Source: Chiloscyllium plagiosum (Eukaryota). From it: 57,203 nt of DNA. Both the position numbers and the translations under genes were made by a program. A model generated the notes under the pieces. It saw only the letters and a list, made by a program, of their open reading frames with translations. It searched no databases and was not told the origin of the DNA. Shown here one piece after another: positions 1 through 12,939 of the stretch; position 1 is the stretch's first letter, and each line of letters opens with the position of its first letter. The stretch spans positions 25,473,710 through 25,530,912 of the forward strand of contig NC_057719.1 in the NCBI RefSeq assembly GCF_004010195.1, given 5' to 3'.

Positions 1-136
1 TTATACACACTTAAGAAATTCCTCTCCATCTAAACCTTTAACACTATGGCAGTCCCAGTCGATTTTTGGAAAGTTAAAATCCCCTACCATAACTACCCTA
101 TTATTTTTACAGATAGCTGAGATCTCCTTACAAGTT
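1..136 (-). mobile_element. CR1 LINE ORF2 endonuclease fragment (continuation of 1042-2640)
   Basis: CKEISAICKNNRVVMVGDFNFPKIDW, APE-type GDFN motif. Confidence 0.85.
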
Positions 137-378
137 ATAGAGTCATAGAGATGTACAGCATGGAAACAGACCCTTTGGTCAAACCCGTCCATGCCAACCA
201 GATATCCCAACCCAATCTAGTCCCACCTGCCAGCATCCGGTCCATATCCCTCCAAACCCTTCTTACTCATATACCCATCCAAATGCCTTTTAAATGTTGC
301 AATTGTACCAGCCTCTACCACTTCCTCTGGCAGCCTATTCCACACACATACCACCCTCTGTGTGAAAACGTTGCCCCG
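137..378 (-). mobile_element. CR1 3' end with microsatellite-like tail
   Basis: FTQRVVCVWNRLPEEVVEAGTIATFKRHLD; tail ctctatgactctat; near-identical to the copy at 24645-24980. Confidence 0.85.
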
Positions 379-1041
379 TAGTGAGGGAATTCCAGAGTTG
401 AGTATCTTGGCACAATCACCAGAGGTGGAGTAATTTAAAATCAAGGATATCCAAGGCTGAAGAACATTCCTGTCCTTTTGCGTACTTCCTGTGAATAGAG
501 ACACTTTGGAAATGATCTATATGAACCATGGATTACTGCTGAAAGATTGTCAATCTTTGGAAACCTCTGCTCCACTCCAAAATACTTTGGATGTGGATAC
601 CGTGTTGTTGAGTGTATCCAAGAATGAGATTTGGATCCCAAGGGATTGAGGGATAGTGCACAAAGGAAGGATTGATGTAAGAGCTATGATCTTGTTGAAT
701 GGTAGTGCAGGCTCCAAGAAGCGAATCACCTCCTTCTGAACCTATTGCTCAGACTGACCCCCATGAAAAGTCTGTGGGCAGCTCTTAGTAAAATGAGTGT
801 TGTTCTGGCTGAGATTCTCCAGTCAACGTACATGATCCAGAGTGAAAATCTCCATTCATTCCTGTCCTTTCTTATTGGAGAATTGAAGCCAATCAAAGCC
901 CAATGCTGCCTAAGTTCTGTAAGTTTGGCATGGACCAACAACCAAACCTGTGACCTTGCAGCTTACATGACTTGCTGAGTCAAGGCTGGAGTTCTGTTGA
1001 TGTACTTGAACTAAGTGAGTCATGAGTGGCAATGGAGATTT

Positions 1042-2640
1042 AAGTTTGTTTCTCAATTTCTCTCAGACTATTAGGGGGTCTATAATACAATCCCAATAAG
1101 GTGATCATCCCTTTCTTATTTCTCAGTTCCACCCAAATAACTTCTCTGGATGTATTTCCAGGAATATCCTCCCTCAGCACAGCTGTAATGCTATCCCTTA
1201 TCAAAAATGCCACACCCCTGGCCTCCTTTTCTCTGGCCTCCTTTTCTATCCTTCCTGTAGCATTTGTATCCTGGAACATTAAGCCGCCAGTCCTGCCCAT
1301 CCCTGAGCCATGTTTCTGTAATTGCTATGATATCCCAGTCCCATGTTCCTAACCATGCCCTGAGTTCATCTGCCTTCCCTATTAGGCCCCTTGCATTGAA
1401 ATAAATGCAGTTTAATTTATTAGTTCTACCTTGTCCCTGCCTGCCCTGACTGTTTGAGTCACTTCTGTTTCCCACCTTACTAGTTTCAATCCTCCCAAGC
1501 AGTTCTAGCAAATTTCCCTGCCAGTATATTAGTCCCCTTCCAATTTAGGTGCAATCCATCCTTCTTGTACAGNNNNAACATTCTGCACCCTCTCTGAGAC
1601 ATCCTTGATCCTGGCACCAGGGAAACAACCATTCTGATTTTTCGCTGCTGGCCACAGAAACGTCTGTCTGTACCTCGGACTAGAGAATCCCCCCCTTCGT
1701 TGCATTAGAGCCAGTCTCAATACCAGAAACTTGGCTGTTCGTGCTACATTCCCTTGAGGATCCATCACCCCCTACATTTTCCAAAACAGCATACCTGTTT
1801 GAAATGGGTATATCCACAAAAGACTTCTGCCCTCGGTGCCGACCTCTCTTACCTTTCCCGGAGTTAACCCATCTTTGTGACTGTATCTGAGACTTTTCCC
1901 TCTTCCTATAACTGCCATCCATCACATTCTGTTGCTGTTGCAAATTCCTCTTCGCTTCTATCTGTCTCTCCAACCGATCCATTCGATCTGATAAGATTCA
2001 CATCCAACATTTATGGCAGATATAATCCACAGTAACCCTTAAACTCTCTTTAAACTCCCACATCTGACAAGAAGTACATATCACTGCAAAGGCCATTTTT
2101 GCAACTTCACAATCTACAGACCCAGAAAATAACACTTATTCCTCTACAAAACACTGCACCAAGTTAAATTAATAGCTATGGCTTGTATTTTAAGTTTAAT
2201 CAAGAGACTTATCTCCAAAAACATATAATCAAGAAAGAACCCACTATACTCACTAATACAGCCTTTCTCTTGGACAGACTTAAAACAACAATTAACTTAT
2301 CTGATTCTGTGTTGTGAACTTCGCCCAAACCAGTTATTCCAAGATTAGTTGTGAAATTCACTGTTTGTTAATTTTCCCAGATGCACTCCGATGTCCAGAG
2401 ATACATGAATTCAAAAACAGCAAAGGCAGTAACTGTGCAGGTTCTCTCTCTCTCTCCTGCACTGTCCTCACCATGTGCTTCCTTTGTCTGCCCTTCTCCC
2501 TTTTAAAACTGCTGTTGTTTTGACTTTTTTTCCAAAGTTTCAAAACAATGCAACAACACATAAAACAGTAATTGCTGCTCCTGGAATTCAAGGAAATCAC
2601 ATCCAGCACCTAAAATATCTCAAAAAAAGGAGCAGCTCTT
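1042..2640 (-). mobile_element. CR1 LINE 5' part: 5' region, ORF1 remnants, start of ORF2
   Basis: ISNRYAVL and CFPGARIKDV (esterase-type ORF1); CIYFNARGL...DIIAITETWL and LYYRPPNS (endonuclease); 5' limit approximate. Confidence 0.8.
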
Positions 2641-2984
2641 ACAGCCAGAAATTTTTCCCGTTCTCTTCTGGTATTGGCTGCACCTCCTGTATCATCACTT
2701 TTATTCCTCCTTCATATGTGATTATGCCTAATCCTAGGATGTTACCAGCATGTTGACAGTTCAGTTCATTTGTTATTTTTTGGGTTTTCCAGATTGTTGG
2801 CATCCCATGTGCCATTTCCAGTGAAGGAGGGCTGTGCTGATCCTGAGATTTGCTGGATTAGCACCTTGCACAGATCAAGGTTACTGCTATGAACTAAACT
2901 GCCTGGTATGTCTCAGTTAAATTGGGAATTGATTGATGTTCTGCAGTCTGGAACCCTCTTGCATGTGCTGTGGTTGTTCCTAGT

Positions 2985-3320
2985 TTAAAGACTCAAGCAG
3001 AGAATTTAGACTGCTATCCCACTGCAGTGCTGAGAGTGTTACACCATCGAGGTGCTTTTATTCTCGGTGAGATGTTAAATCCATGTCTCTTTTGTAGCAG
3101 ATCCCATGGCATTGTTTCAAAAAAAGAGCAGCACCATGTCTCATGTACAATATCAGAAGAAAAGATTATCCAGTCACATCACATTACTGTTTGTGCGATG
3201 AAATTGTTTATCATTTCCCCTAGTTTACAATGGTGACTACAGTTCAAGGGTTTGTTAGCTGTTAGGCACTTTGTGAAACCCAGGCTTATAAAATGTATTC
3301 TATAAGGCAAGTCTCACTTT
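2985..3320 (+). mobile_element. Old DeuSINE (SacSINE1/AmnSINE1-like)
   Basis: gagatgttaaa...agatcccatggca...gattatccagtcacatcacattactgtttgtg resembles the Deu domain and tail as recalled. Confidence 0.6.
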
Positions 3321-4436
3321 AGGAGTTGGATGGAATTATTAGTACTTAGTACCCTGATGGAGTTTGGCTTGACAACTTTGGAAATATTCCTGGAAATTTG
3401 CTCATGTGATATGCTGACCATATAGAGTCATAGAGTTGTACAACACAGAAACAGACCCTTTGGTCCAACTTGTCTATGCCAAACAGCTATCTTAAATGAA
3501 TCTAGTCCTTTAATCTTTACTCAGAGAGTAGTAAGGGTATGGAATACTTTGCCTGCAACGGTAGTAGATTCACCAACTTTAAATACATTTAAGTCGTCAT
3601 TGGACAAGCATACGGACGTACATGGAATAGTGTAGGTTAGATGGGCTTCAGATTGGTATGATAGGTCGGCGCAACATCAAGGGCCGAAGGGCCTGTACTG
3701 TGCTGTAATGTTCTATGTTCCTGTTTGCCAGGCATTTGGCCCATATCCCTGTGAACTCTGGCTATTCAGGTATCCATCCAGATGCCTTTTAAATGTTGTA
3801 ATTGTACCAGTCCCCACCACTTCCTCTGGCAGTTCATTCATACACGCACCACCCTCTACGGGAAAATGTTGCTCCTCAGGTCTCTTTTAAATTTTTCCCC
3901 TCTCACCTTAATCTTATGCCTCTCTAGTTTTGGCCTCCGCTACATATGACACCAGATCACGTGAAGTAAAATCGAATGTCAGATCCAATGACTTTTACAA
4001 ATTTGCTTATAAATATTGAGGTCCATAAAGTTGAAAATATTTAATTGTAGGTTGCCATACCCACTGTTATGTGTACAGCTCCGATACCTGAGAGCACCCA
4101 AAGACGGAAAACCAATGACAGGAAAAATTCCTTTGATCTCTCTCCTTTGTACACTGGTTTTCTTTTCCCTGATTCCATGAACAAATTTCCAGGAATATTG
4201 TCAAGCCAAACTCCATCAGGGTACTAAGTAATAATGAGTTCCTTCCAACTCCTAAAGTGAGACTTGCTTTATAGAATATATTTTATAAGCCTAGGTTTCA
4301 CAAAGTGCCTAACAGCTAACAAACCTTTGAACTGTGGTCACCATTGTAACCTAGGAGAAATGATAAACAATTTCATCGCACAAACAGTAATGTGATGTGA
4401 CTGGATAACCTTTTCTACTGACATTGTACATGAGAC
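3138..4436. repeat. Inverted repeat, arms 3138-3406 and 4176-4436
   Basis: Arms align as reverse complements at roughly 90% by eye; both translate as IQSHHITVCAMKLFIISP on opposite strands. Confidence 0.92.
3421..3940 (-). mobile_element. CR1 3' end containing a nested opposite-strand CR1 3' end (about 3510-3720)
   Basis: Host resembles 137-378; nested piece ends gggccgaagggcc...aatgttctatgttc. Confidence 0.8.
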
Positions 4437-5239
4437 TAAGCTTCCATTCCAAAGACTCCTAATAACTTCATACTTTTGAGCTTCCTGTGATTTGACAACG
4501 TATTTAACATATTCCTGCCATTCTTCTATCATCAACAACAGTATGCAGGCTTCATCTCAATTTACCACGATTCTTGAATTACTTTCAATTTTAATATGCT
4601 TATGTAAATTTATACACTTTCACATTATTTGCTCAACTTTTCATATTCCCTATTAATCTTGGTACAAATTCATCTTTATTCCAAATTTCCTGTATTTATT
4701 ATATTTTCATTCTGTAGTGGTAGAGCTAAATACATAACAAAGATTTGATGGCACAGAAAGTTAAATTCATAATGATGATCTTGTACACGGAGATATGTCC
4801 TAATAGTTAATTAGTTTGTATCTCTCTTACTAAGATTTTCAGTACATTTCCTTAATAAACATCTGGAAAGATGTTTCTGTAACAGCTGTGTAAGGTGAAA
4901 TTGCAGCAAATTTCTGAAACTTCTACAAACTCACCTCTCTCCCCTTTAAAAATCACGTGTTATCGTAAATGTTCCTGCATAAAGATACTCAGAGCAAGGA
5001 AATAGATGACTTGCATAAGTTAGTACGCAAATAGTTAACCTGTTTCTGCTATTACAAATACAAGACTTTATAAGACGATCATTATTTAAACTGTTTCTTC
5101 CAATTTAGGGCAAAACAGAATATCCTAGTTTGGGGGGTGATGAAATGATATTGAACTCTGTCATGGGGACTACAGGCCCAGGTTGAAACTGATGGGAGCT
5201 CTCGTGCTAGTTTTCAGCAACATCATCTACTTACGTAGT

Positions 5240-5750
5240 GCTCTTATCAATGTAAAATTATTCGGAGTGTAATCAGCCAAAATTTGACAGATGCACTTAA
5301 ATATGTATAAAAACAAACACCCTAAAGCCTGCTGGAAGAAGAGATGTTAAAGACACCTTTTTATCTTCAAGATGCACCATAAGACCTACAAGAATTGGGG
5401 TTATCTAGGGAGAAAATTCTGGGGCTTAGGGCTAGACATCATGAGGTATGGCCATCACTGGAGCAGCACTTAAAATTAAGGTTGCCCAAGAGATTAAAAT
5501 GAGAGGAATGCTGAAATCCTGGCGAGTAGGGTGCTTGAAGGAGATTACTGAGATAGAAAAGGGTAAGGGTATGAAGGAATTTGAAACTAAGGATGAGAAT
5601 TTTAAAAATCGAGGTGTTGCTCAACCAGGAGCCAGTGCAGGTCAGTACACAAAGACAACAGCAGGGTTTTAAATGGTCTAAAGTTTACAGCAGGTAGAAG
5701 TCAGCATTGTGTGGGAATAGGCAAATTTGGAGTAACAATGGTATGGATTA
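5240..5750 (-). mobile_element. L2-clade LINE 3' fragment, decayed
   Basis: IFKILILSFKFLHTLTLFYLSNLL resembles the L2 ORF2 C-terminal motif. Confidence 0.55.
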
Positions 5751-5759
5751 TACATGAAT

Positions 5760-6365
5760 CGAGAAGATTTTATCAGTATGTTTGCAGATTGACATAAATT
5801 AGTGGTGTGGTGACTAGCAAGGAGGAAAGCTTTAGACTATAGGGAGATAGAGACAGATTGGTCAGAGTAGTGGTAAATGGAATTTCACACTTTTCAGGAT
5901 TAAATTACGCATTTTGGTAGGACGAGCAATGCAAGGGAGAATACTTTGAAAGATGGGACCCCAGGTAGTGCTGAGGATCAGTAGGATTTGGCTGTGCACG
6001 TCCATAGAGCCTTAAAGGCAGCAGTACAGGTGAATAAGGTAGTTCAGAAAGCATATGGGATACCCGTCTTTATTCATCAATTGACTGAACAGAAGAGCTG
6101 GGGAATTATGTTAGAGGTATACAGGACATTGGTTAGGTCACACCTGGAGTACTGTGTGCAATTCTGATCGCCACTACAGGGAGGATGTGATTGCTCTGGA
6201 GAGGTTTGCAGAGAAGATTCACCAGGATATTGTCCGGGCTGGAAACATTTCAGCTATGACAAGGGACTACATAAGTTAGAATTGTTTCCCATGGCGCACT
6301 GAAGGATTTGGGAGAACCTGATTGGATGGAATTGAGGGGGACGATATGAATAAACTTCTACCTTT
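5760..6365 (+). mobile_element. Decayed CR1 RT C-terminal fragment
   Basis: tttgcagattgac (FADD-like), ctggagtactgtgtgcaattctg (LEYCVQFW-like). Confidence 0.7.
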
Positions 6366-6369
6366 AGTA

Positions 6370-9300
6370 AATCCTGGGTGGGAGGTTTACTAGAGCTCTT
6401 TGGGAGGGTTTAAAGTGGCTTGGCAGAGGGATGGGAACTAGAGCTATGGATTGGAGGATGGGGTAGCTGGTGAACAGGCAGATAAAGCATGCAGAGAGTC
6501 TGTGAGGAAGGATAGACAGTTTAGAGGGCAAAGTTACAGTCAGTGTGATGGATTGAAATGTATCTATTTTAATGCAAGAAGTGTCAGGAATAAGGGAGAG
6601 GAACTTAGGAGCATGGATCAGTACTTGGATCTATGATGTTGTGGCCATGACAGAGACTTGGATATTGCAGGGTCAGGACTAGTTGTTAGATATTCAAAAG
6701 GTTTTAGATGTTTCAAAAAGAATAGGGAGGGTGAGACAAGAGCTGGGGGAGTGGCATTGCTAATCAGGGATAGTATCACAGCTGCAGAAAGGGAGGCCGT
6801 CGAGAAGGGTTGGTATGGGTGGAAGTTAGAAGCAGGAAAGGAGCAGCCACTTTATTGAGAGTTTTCTGTAGACCCCCCAATAGCAATAGAGACACAGAGG
6901 AGCAGATTGGGAGACAGATTTTGGAAAGGTGCAGAAGTAACAGTGTTGTTGTCATTGGTGACTTCAACTTCCCTAATATTGATTGGAACCTTCTTAGTGC
7001 AAACAGTTTAGATGCAGCAGGTTTTGTCAGGAATGTCCAGGAAGGATTCCCTCCTCAATGTATCATAGGCCAACTAGAGAGGAGGCCATATTGGATTTGG
7101 TGCTTGACAACGAACCAGGTCAGGTGTTAGATCTCTCAGTGGGAGAGCATTTCAGTGATAGTGATCATATCTCCCTGACCTATATGATAGTCGTGGAGAA
7201 GGATAGGATTAGATGGTACGGGAAAGTATTTAGTTGGGGGTGGGGAAATTACAATACTATTAGGCTGGAACTGTGGAGCATAAACTGGGAACAGATATTC
7301 TCAGGGAATTGCACAACAGAAATATGGAGGTTGTTTAGGGAGCAATTGCTGCGAGTGCTGGATAGGTTTGTCACACTGAGGCAAGGAAGAGATGGTAGGG
7401 TGAAGGAAATTTGAATAACAAGAGATGTGGAACATCTAGTCAAGAGGAAAAAGGGAGCTTACTTAAGGTTGAGGAGGCAAAGTTCAGACAGGGCTCTAGA
7501 GGGTTACAAAGTAGCCAGGAAGGAACTGAAGAATGGACTTAGGAAAGCTGGAAGGGAGCTTGAAAAAGTGTAGGTGGGTAGGATTAAGGAAAACCCCAAG
7601 GCGTTCTTCACTTATGTGAGGAACAAGAGGGTGGCCGGAGAGAGGGTAGGTCCAATCAAGGATAGTGGAGGGAGCTTGCACCTGGAGTCGGAGTTGGTAG
7701 GGAAGGTCCTTAATGAATACTTTGCTTCAGTATTCACTACTGAGAGGGAGTTTGTATTTCTGAGGACAGTGTGAAACAGGCTGATATGCTCCAACAGGTT
7801 GATGCTAAGGAGGACGACGTGCTGGAAATTTTGAAAAACATGAGGATAGATAAGTCCTCTGGGCCAGATGGGATGCACCCAAAGTTACTACAGGAAGAGA
7901 TTGTAGCACCTTTGGTGATGATCTTTGTGTCCTCACTGTCCACTGGATTGGAGGGTAGTAAATATTATTCCCTTGTTCAAGAAAGGAAATAGGGATAACC
8001 CTGAGAATTACAGACCAGTCAGTCTCATGTCAGTGGTGGACAAATTATTGGAGAGGATTCTGAGAGATAGGACTCACAATAATTTGGAAAAGCGTATCTT
8101 GATTCGAGATAGTCAGCACGGCTTTGTGAGGGACAGGTCAGGCCACACAAACATTAATGAATTCTTTGAGAATGTGACAAAACACATTGATGATGATACA
8201 ACAGAGGGTGTGGTGTATATGGATTTTAGCAAGGCGTTTGATAAGGGTCCCAATATTAGGCTCATCCAGAAAGTAAGGAGACATGGGATACAGGGAAATC
8301 TGGCTATCTGGATACAGAATTGGCTGGCCCATAGACGATAGAGGATGTTAGTAGATGGAAACTTTCATTCTGGAGCTCTGTGGCCAGTGTGTTCTGCAGG
8401 GATCGGTTCTGCAACCTCTGCTCTTTGTGATTTTTATAAATGATTTGGATGAGGAAGTGGATGGATGGGTTACTAAGTTTGCCAATGACATGAAGGTTGG
8501 AGGATGTGTGGACAATGCAGAAGGCTATTGTAGGTAGCAATGGGACATTGATGGGATGCAGAGCCGAGTTGATACGTGGCAGATGGAGTTCAACCTGGAA
8601 ATGTGTGAAGTGTGAAGTGATTCATTTTGAAAGGTCAAATTTGAATGCAGATTACAGGATTAAAGGCAGGATTCCTGGCAGTGTGGAGGAACAGACGGAT
8701 CTTAGGGTCCATATCCAAAATCATTGTTTTGGACAAGGGCCCTTCATCAGGAACTCCTGATGAAGGACTCTTTCCCAAAATGTAGATTCTCCTGCTTCTC
8801 GTATGCTGCCTGACCTACTGTGCTTTTCCAACACCCATCTCTTGACTCTGATCTCCAGCATTTGCAGTCCTTTCTCCTAGTTGAGTTGACCCATGTTGAC
8901 TGTTAAGGCATTTGGTGTGTGCTGCCTTTCATTATCAGGGGGATGGAGTTTAAGAGTTGTGAGCCTATACTGCAGCTCATAATGCCCTGCTGAGACCATA
9001 TTTACAATATTGTGTTCAACTCTGGTTGTAGGATGTGGAAGCTTTAGAGACCATGCAGAGGAGATTTACCAGGATGCTGTCTGGACTGGAGGGAATATCT
9101 TATGAAGAAAGGTTGAGGGAACCAGGGCTTTTCTCATTGCAGTGAAGAAGGATGACCGGTGACTTGATAGAGGTGTACAAGATGGAGAGGCATAGATAGA
9201 GTGTATCACCAGAGACTTTTTCCCAGGTTGGAAATGGCTTTCACGAGGGGGAATAATCCCTTCCTTGCCAGCAATGGTATAATATACACTAGGGAAATTT

Positions 9301-9421
9301 AAGTGACTCTTGAATAGGCACATGGATGATAGTAAAATATAGGTTAATTTGATCTTAGAGTAGGACAAAAGGTCAGCACATCAAGGGCCAAAGGGCCTGT
9401 ATTGTGCTGTACTATGTTCTA
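6370..9421 (+). mobile_element. CR1 LINE, near-complete frameshifted ORF2 and 3' tail
   Basis: CIYFNARSV, GDFNFPNIDW, ENYRPVSL, SQHGF, YMDFSKAFD, QGSVL, FAND; tail gtactatgttcta; interrupted at about 8715-8880. Confidence 0.92.
8715..8880. mobile_element. Short Penelope-derived fold-back insert
   Basis: cccttcatcagga/tcctgatgaagg inversion plus family end gatctccagcat...ttctcctag. Confidence 0.7.
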
Positions 9422-9520
9422 AATGGGTCAATTATCAAAGAATGTAGCTTGAAAGCAAGGGTAGATTTATTGTGGATTTAAGTGAAGGTTTTTCTCCCCA
9501 CCAAACAGTGGTAAGCATCT

Positions 9521-9725
9521 AGAGTAAAGAGTGTGGTGCTGGAAAAGCACAGCAGGTCAAGCAGCATTCGAGGGGAAGAATCGATATTTCTGGCATAAGC
9601 TCATCAGGACTTATGCCCAAAACATTGATTCTCCTGCTCCTCGGATGCTGCCTGAACTGCTGTGCTTTTCTGGCACCACACACTCGACTCTGATCTCTAG
9701 CATCTACAGTCCTCACTTTCTCCTA
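9521..9725. mobile_element. Short Penelope-derived fold-back insert
   Basis: Inverted arms gtggtgctggaaaagcacagcag; flanking direct repeat ggtaag(c/t)atct at 9510-9520 and 9726-9736. Confidence 0.8.
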
Positions 9726-11658
9726 GGTAAGTATCTGGAACTCTGTCTAAAAGGGGGAGGGGGTGGTAGCAGGAACCACAAACATTTTAGCACTTAGGTA
9801 AACAGTTGAAATCCATACATTCAAGGTTATGCATCAATTGCTGGGGAACAGGATTAGGTAGGTGCCTGACGACTAATGTGAATTTGATGGGCTGAAAAGC
9901 CTCTTTCCATGCTATTCGTGATCTGCTTGAAAGCAGTTCATTTGTTGTAAAGCTCCAAACTTTTGCCCTACAAGGGATTGAAACATGCCAAGTTAACCTG
10001 ACAGAAAAAGGAACAAACAAGAGCTTAGAGACTATAATTGGGTTGGGTTTTGCATGCGTAAAGATAAAGCTCCAACCGTCTACCTTACCACCGACACTCC
10101 CATTCACTCATTGATTACAAATCTGCCTCTCAAGCATTTTCTGCAACTAGGATACCAGCACAGATTGTCAGAATCAGAAGAAATGTTTAATTGCATCTTA
10201 ACCAACATCACTCCACTTGTGTCAATCATCCAAAACCAAAATTACATGAAGCGTGTAATTTGTTCAGTAATTTTCTTAGTGTCAACATAGACAGGCATTT
10301 AAAATACTTATTACCTCAATACTTCAAATTTAAATTTGCTCCTTAGCATACTAATGTTAAATCTCATGCGGTTACTTATTCTCACTCGCCAACTCAGGCA
10401 ATAAATGACAAATTAATGACTTCTGAACAATTTATGCAGAGTGATTAGAACATTTTGATTTAAACTGTGCCCGAGAACATTTTGTTTTAAGATTCCCCAC
10501 AATCTCTTTGTGTATTGCCTGGCTGAATGGAAAACAAATATGATTCAGATGCTCTTGCCAAGTTAGACTTGTCAGAAGTGATAATTCTAGTACAATGTCT
10601 TGAACTGTGTGTCTTCTAAATTGTTCCGACATGGCTGCTATGAAATAAGTAGCCAAAACTCATACTATTATCTGGAACATTCTTGATTGGAATGCCTCTG
10701 CAAACAGACGAGACTCAGCACTTTACTTTCCGGAGAACCTGAGATTTATAAACAGTGAAGGCTCCTTGAATGCAAGGCAGTAGCTATGACTGAGTAGGTA
10801 GTAGAAACAAAATCTCAACTCATTTATAAGGTGCTTGGATATGGCTCTCAAGTAGGTTTACAGATTAAATGTTGCAAAATGCAATGAAGCTGGTTGGCTC
10901 GTATTTCAGCAGTCACTAACAAAATGGGCCAAAAATCTTCTGTGCTATAAAACTTCTATGATTCTACAGCCAAAGAAAGAACGTACAATACACCACTGAA
11001 GGTTAGCCAAGGAGATGCATTTTGCTGCAAAAACAAAGAAATAGAAGCCTACAGCTTTCAAAATGATTTGAGTCCATTGTGTTTTGTGCAAGATGTTGAG
11101 GCCATGGTGACCAAGAGAAACCAAAACCTGAGGGGTGAATCTGGAATTTCACTTAATTGAAGAGTATACTGTAAATCAGTAAATGAAGGTAAATGTTAAG
11201 TTCTACACAAGGAGCATTACACTGTAAAGGAGATATCCAGAACTTGACTCTCAATCCTCAAGGGAGGAGGGAAGACTCTTCTAATTTGCCTTAAAAAGGT
11301 GAACTGCTTATTTCAAGCTGATCCCGTGTTCTGGATTCTCCCACAAGAGGAAATGTCCTTTGTACGTCCTTTTTAGGGTAACATACACATTTTATAAATG
11401 TAAAGAATGTAAGCAGTTTGTTCAGGAAAAGTTAGGCCTTTAAGACCCAACAAGAAATTTTCCACAAAGGCGAAGCATGTGTAAAATTATTCAATGATCA
11501 GTTTGTTTTTCCAAATATAGCAAAGACTATAATAAAAGCAAGTTATGGTCAGAATAATAGCCATATTAAAGGATCAACATTACTGTAAGCTGTGGGGTAA
11601 ACAGGACAACATGCAGTATGTCAGAGGCCACAAATATCTTAGGCAATTGGTCACACTG

Positions 11659-11704
11659 AAAAATGTGTTGCTGGAAAAGCGCAGCAGGTCAGGCAGCATC
11701 CTGA
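11659..11704 (-). mobile_element. 46-bp fragment of the same Penelope terminus
   Basis: tgtgttgctggaaaagcgcagcaggtcaggcagcatcc between perfect 15-bp direct repeats caattggtcacactg. Confidence 0.75.
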
Positions 11705-12486
11705 CAATTGGTCACACTGTTAATCTTCACTGGTACAGGGAAAATGTCAATGTTTCATCCCAACTCAAGAAAGGGCACAGGAATAAACTAGGAAACTACA
11801 GGTCTAACAACAGCAACTTTCTGTAAACATCAGAGATAAAATACACTATTTTAAAAGCATTAATTAAGAACCTGCATTTATTGAAGATAATAAGTGTCCA
11901 ACAAAGTAGATTGAATTCTTTGTTGAGGTAACACAGGTTAATCTAAACACTGCATAAATTGTCAAATCCCTTCAGAAAAATCAAAGTGGAAAACAGAAGG
12001 TTTCCAAAAGTTGAAGATCCCAGAATAAAAGGGAAATGGTGGAATAGATACAAATTTTCCTCTGGAAAATGGGCTAATGCAGAGAAGTTATGGGTTCAAA
12101 AATCTTCTAGACCATTATTGTTGGCAACTGAAAAGCTGAGACTGAAAAGGGAGTGGAAAGCAATTTCACAAAATTTTCGAAGGGAATTGGAATAGTACTC
12201 GAGGATGAGGAATTTACAGGGGTTCAGAAAATAGAATCATGGATGAGGGGCTCAGCACAACCACTTTCAAACAGCTGGCACAGGCCAGAATGGGCTGAGT
12301 GACATTAATCTTTGCTGTAGGTTTCTTTGATTCCACAAACTCAGAAATGCTCAGGTCAGATCCTGCAGCAAGATGTGTAAGACAGTGAGCTGCATAATCT
12401 TCTCATTTTTGTTTTACAATTTTGCCATTACATTATTGTAGCAACAAATATAGTACCACACGTTGAGTCAACGTTTTTGAAATAAG

Positions 12487-12492
12487 TTTATT
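12487..12492 (-). terminator. Probable distal polyadenylation signal of golga5
   Basis: AATAAA about 265 nt after the stop, followed by GT/T-rich sequence. Confidence 0.6.
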
Positions 12493-12624
12493 AAAAGATA
12501 TTGCACAAATCAAGTCATATGTCCATCAATATAACTACATAACTTTTGTATGTACAAACTAAGAGGGGAGTGGGAAAGTGCCAAGATAAAATGCAGAAAA
12601 GAATGAACTTTTTTTAAAGTTGTA

Positions 12625-12630
12625 TTTATT
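12625..12630 (-). terminator. Possible proximal polyadenylation signal of golga5
   Basis: AATAAA about 125 nt after the stop. Confidence 0.35.
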
Positions 12631-12754
12631 CTCATGATCATAAACATAAGCTAGTTCTACAGTATATACAGGCTTACTGGTGTAGCTATGTGCTACATAA
12701 ATTTACAAAAAAGATTCTGGATCCAACAATTGATGTGCTAATGGTTACTTCTTT

Positions 12755-12835
12755 TCATTGACCATCAGGGGAACCATGGTGTATCTCCGGTGTATATGTC
12801 AGAAGTACTATCATTACCCAGAAGTGCAGCAGTGC
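12755..12835 (-). CDS. golga5: Golgin-84, last coding exon (rest of TM anchor, lumenal tail)
   Basis: gtttcag|ALLHFWVMIVLLTYTPEIHHGSPDGQ-TGA; matches the GOLGA5 C-terminus. Confidence 0.96.
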   Translation of the reverse strand, partial: ALLHFWVMIVLLTYTPEIHHGSPDGQ

Positions 12836-12939
12836 CTGAAACAACAACATCTTTTAATTAAACCTGTACAATTTTTAAGAACATTGCAATCTGAGAGAGC
12901 CATATTCAGAGGTACCCTGAAATAAATTCATAAGACAGC

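Noticed and set aside
1..12400. Exons of a neighbouring gene downstream of golga5
   Set aside because: No recognisable host protein or consistent splice pattern; short exons could have been missed by eye
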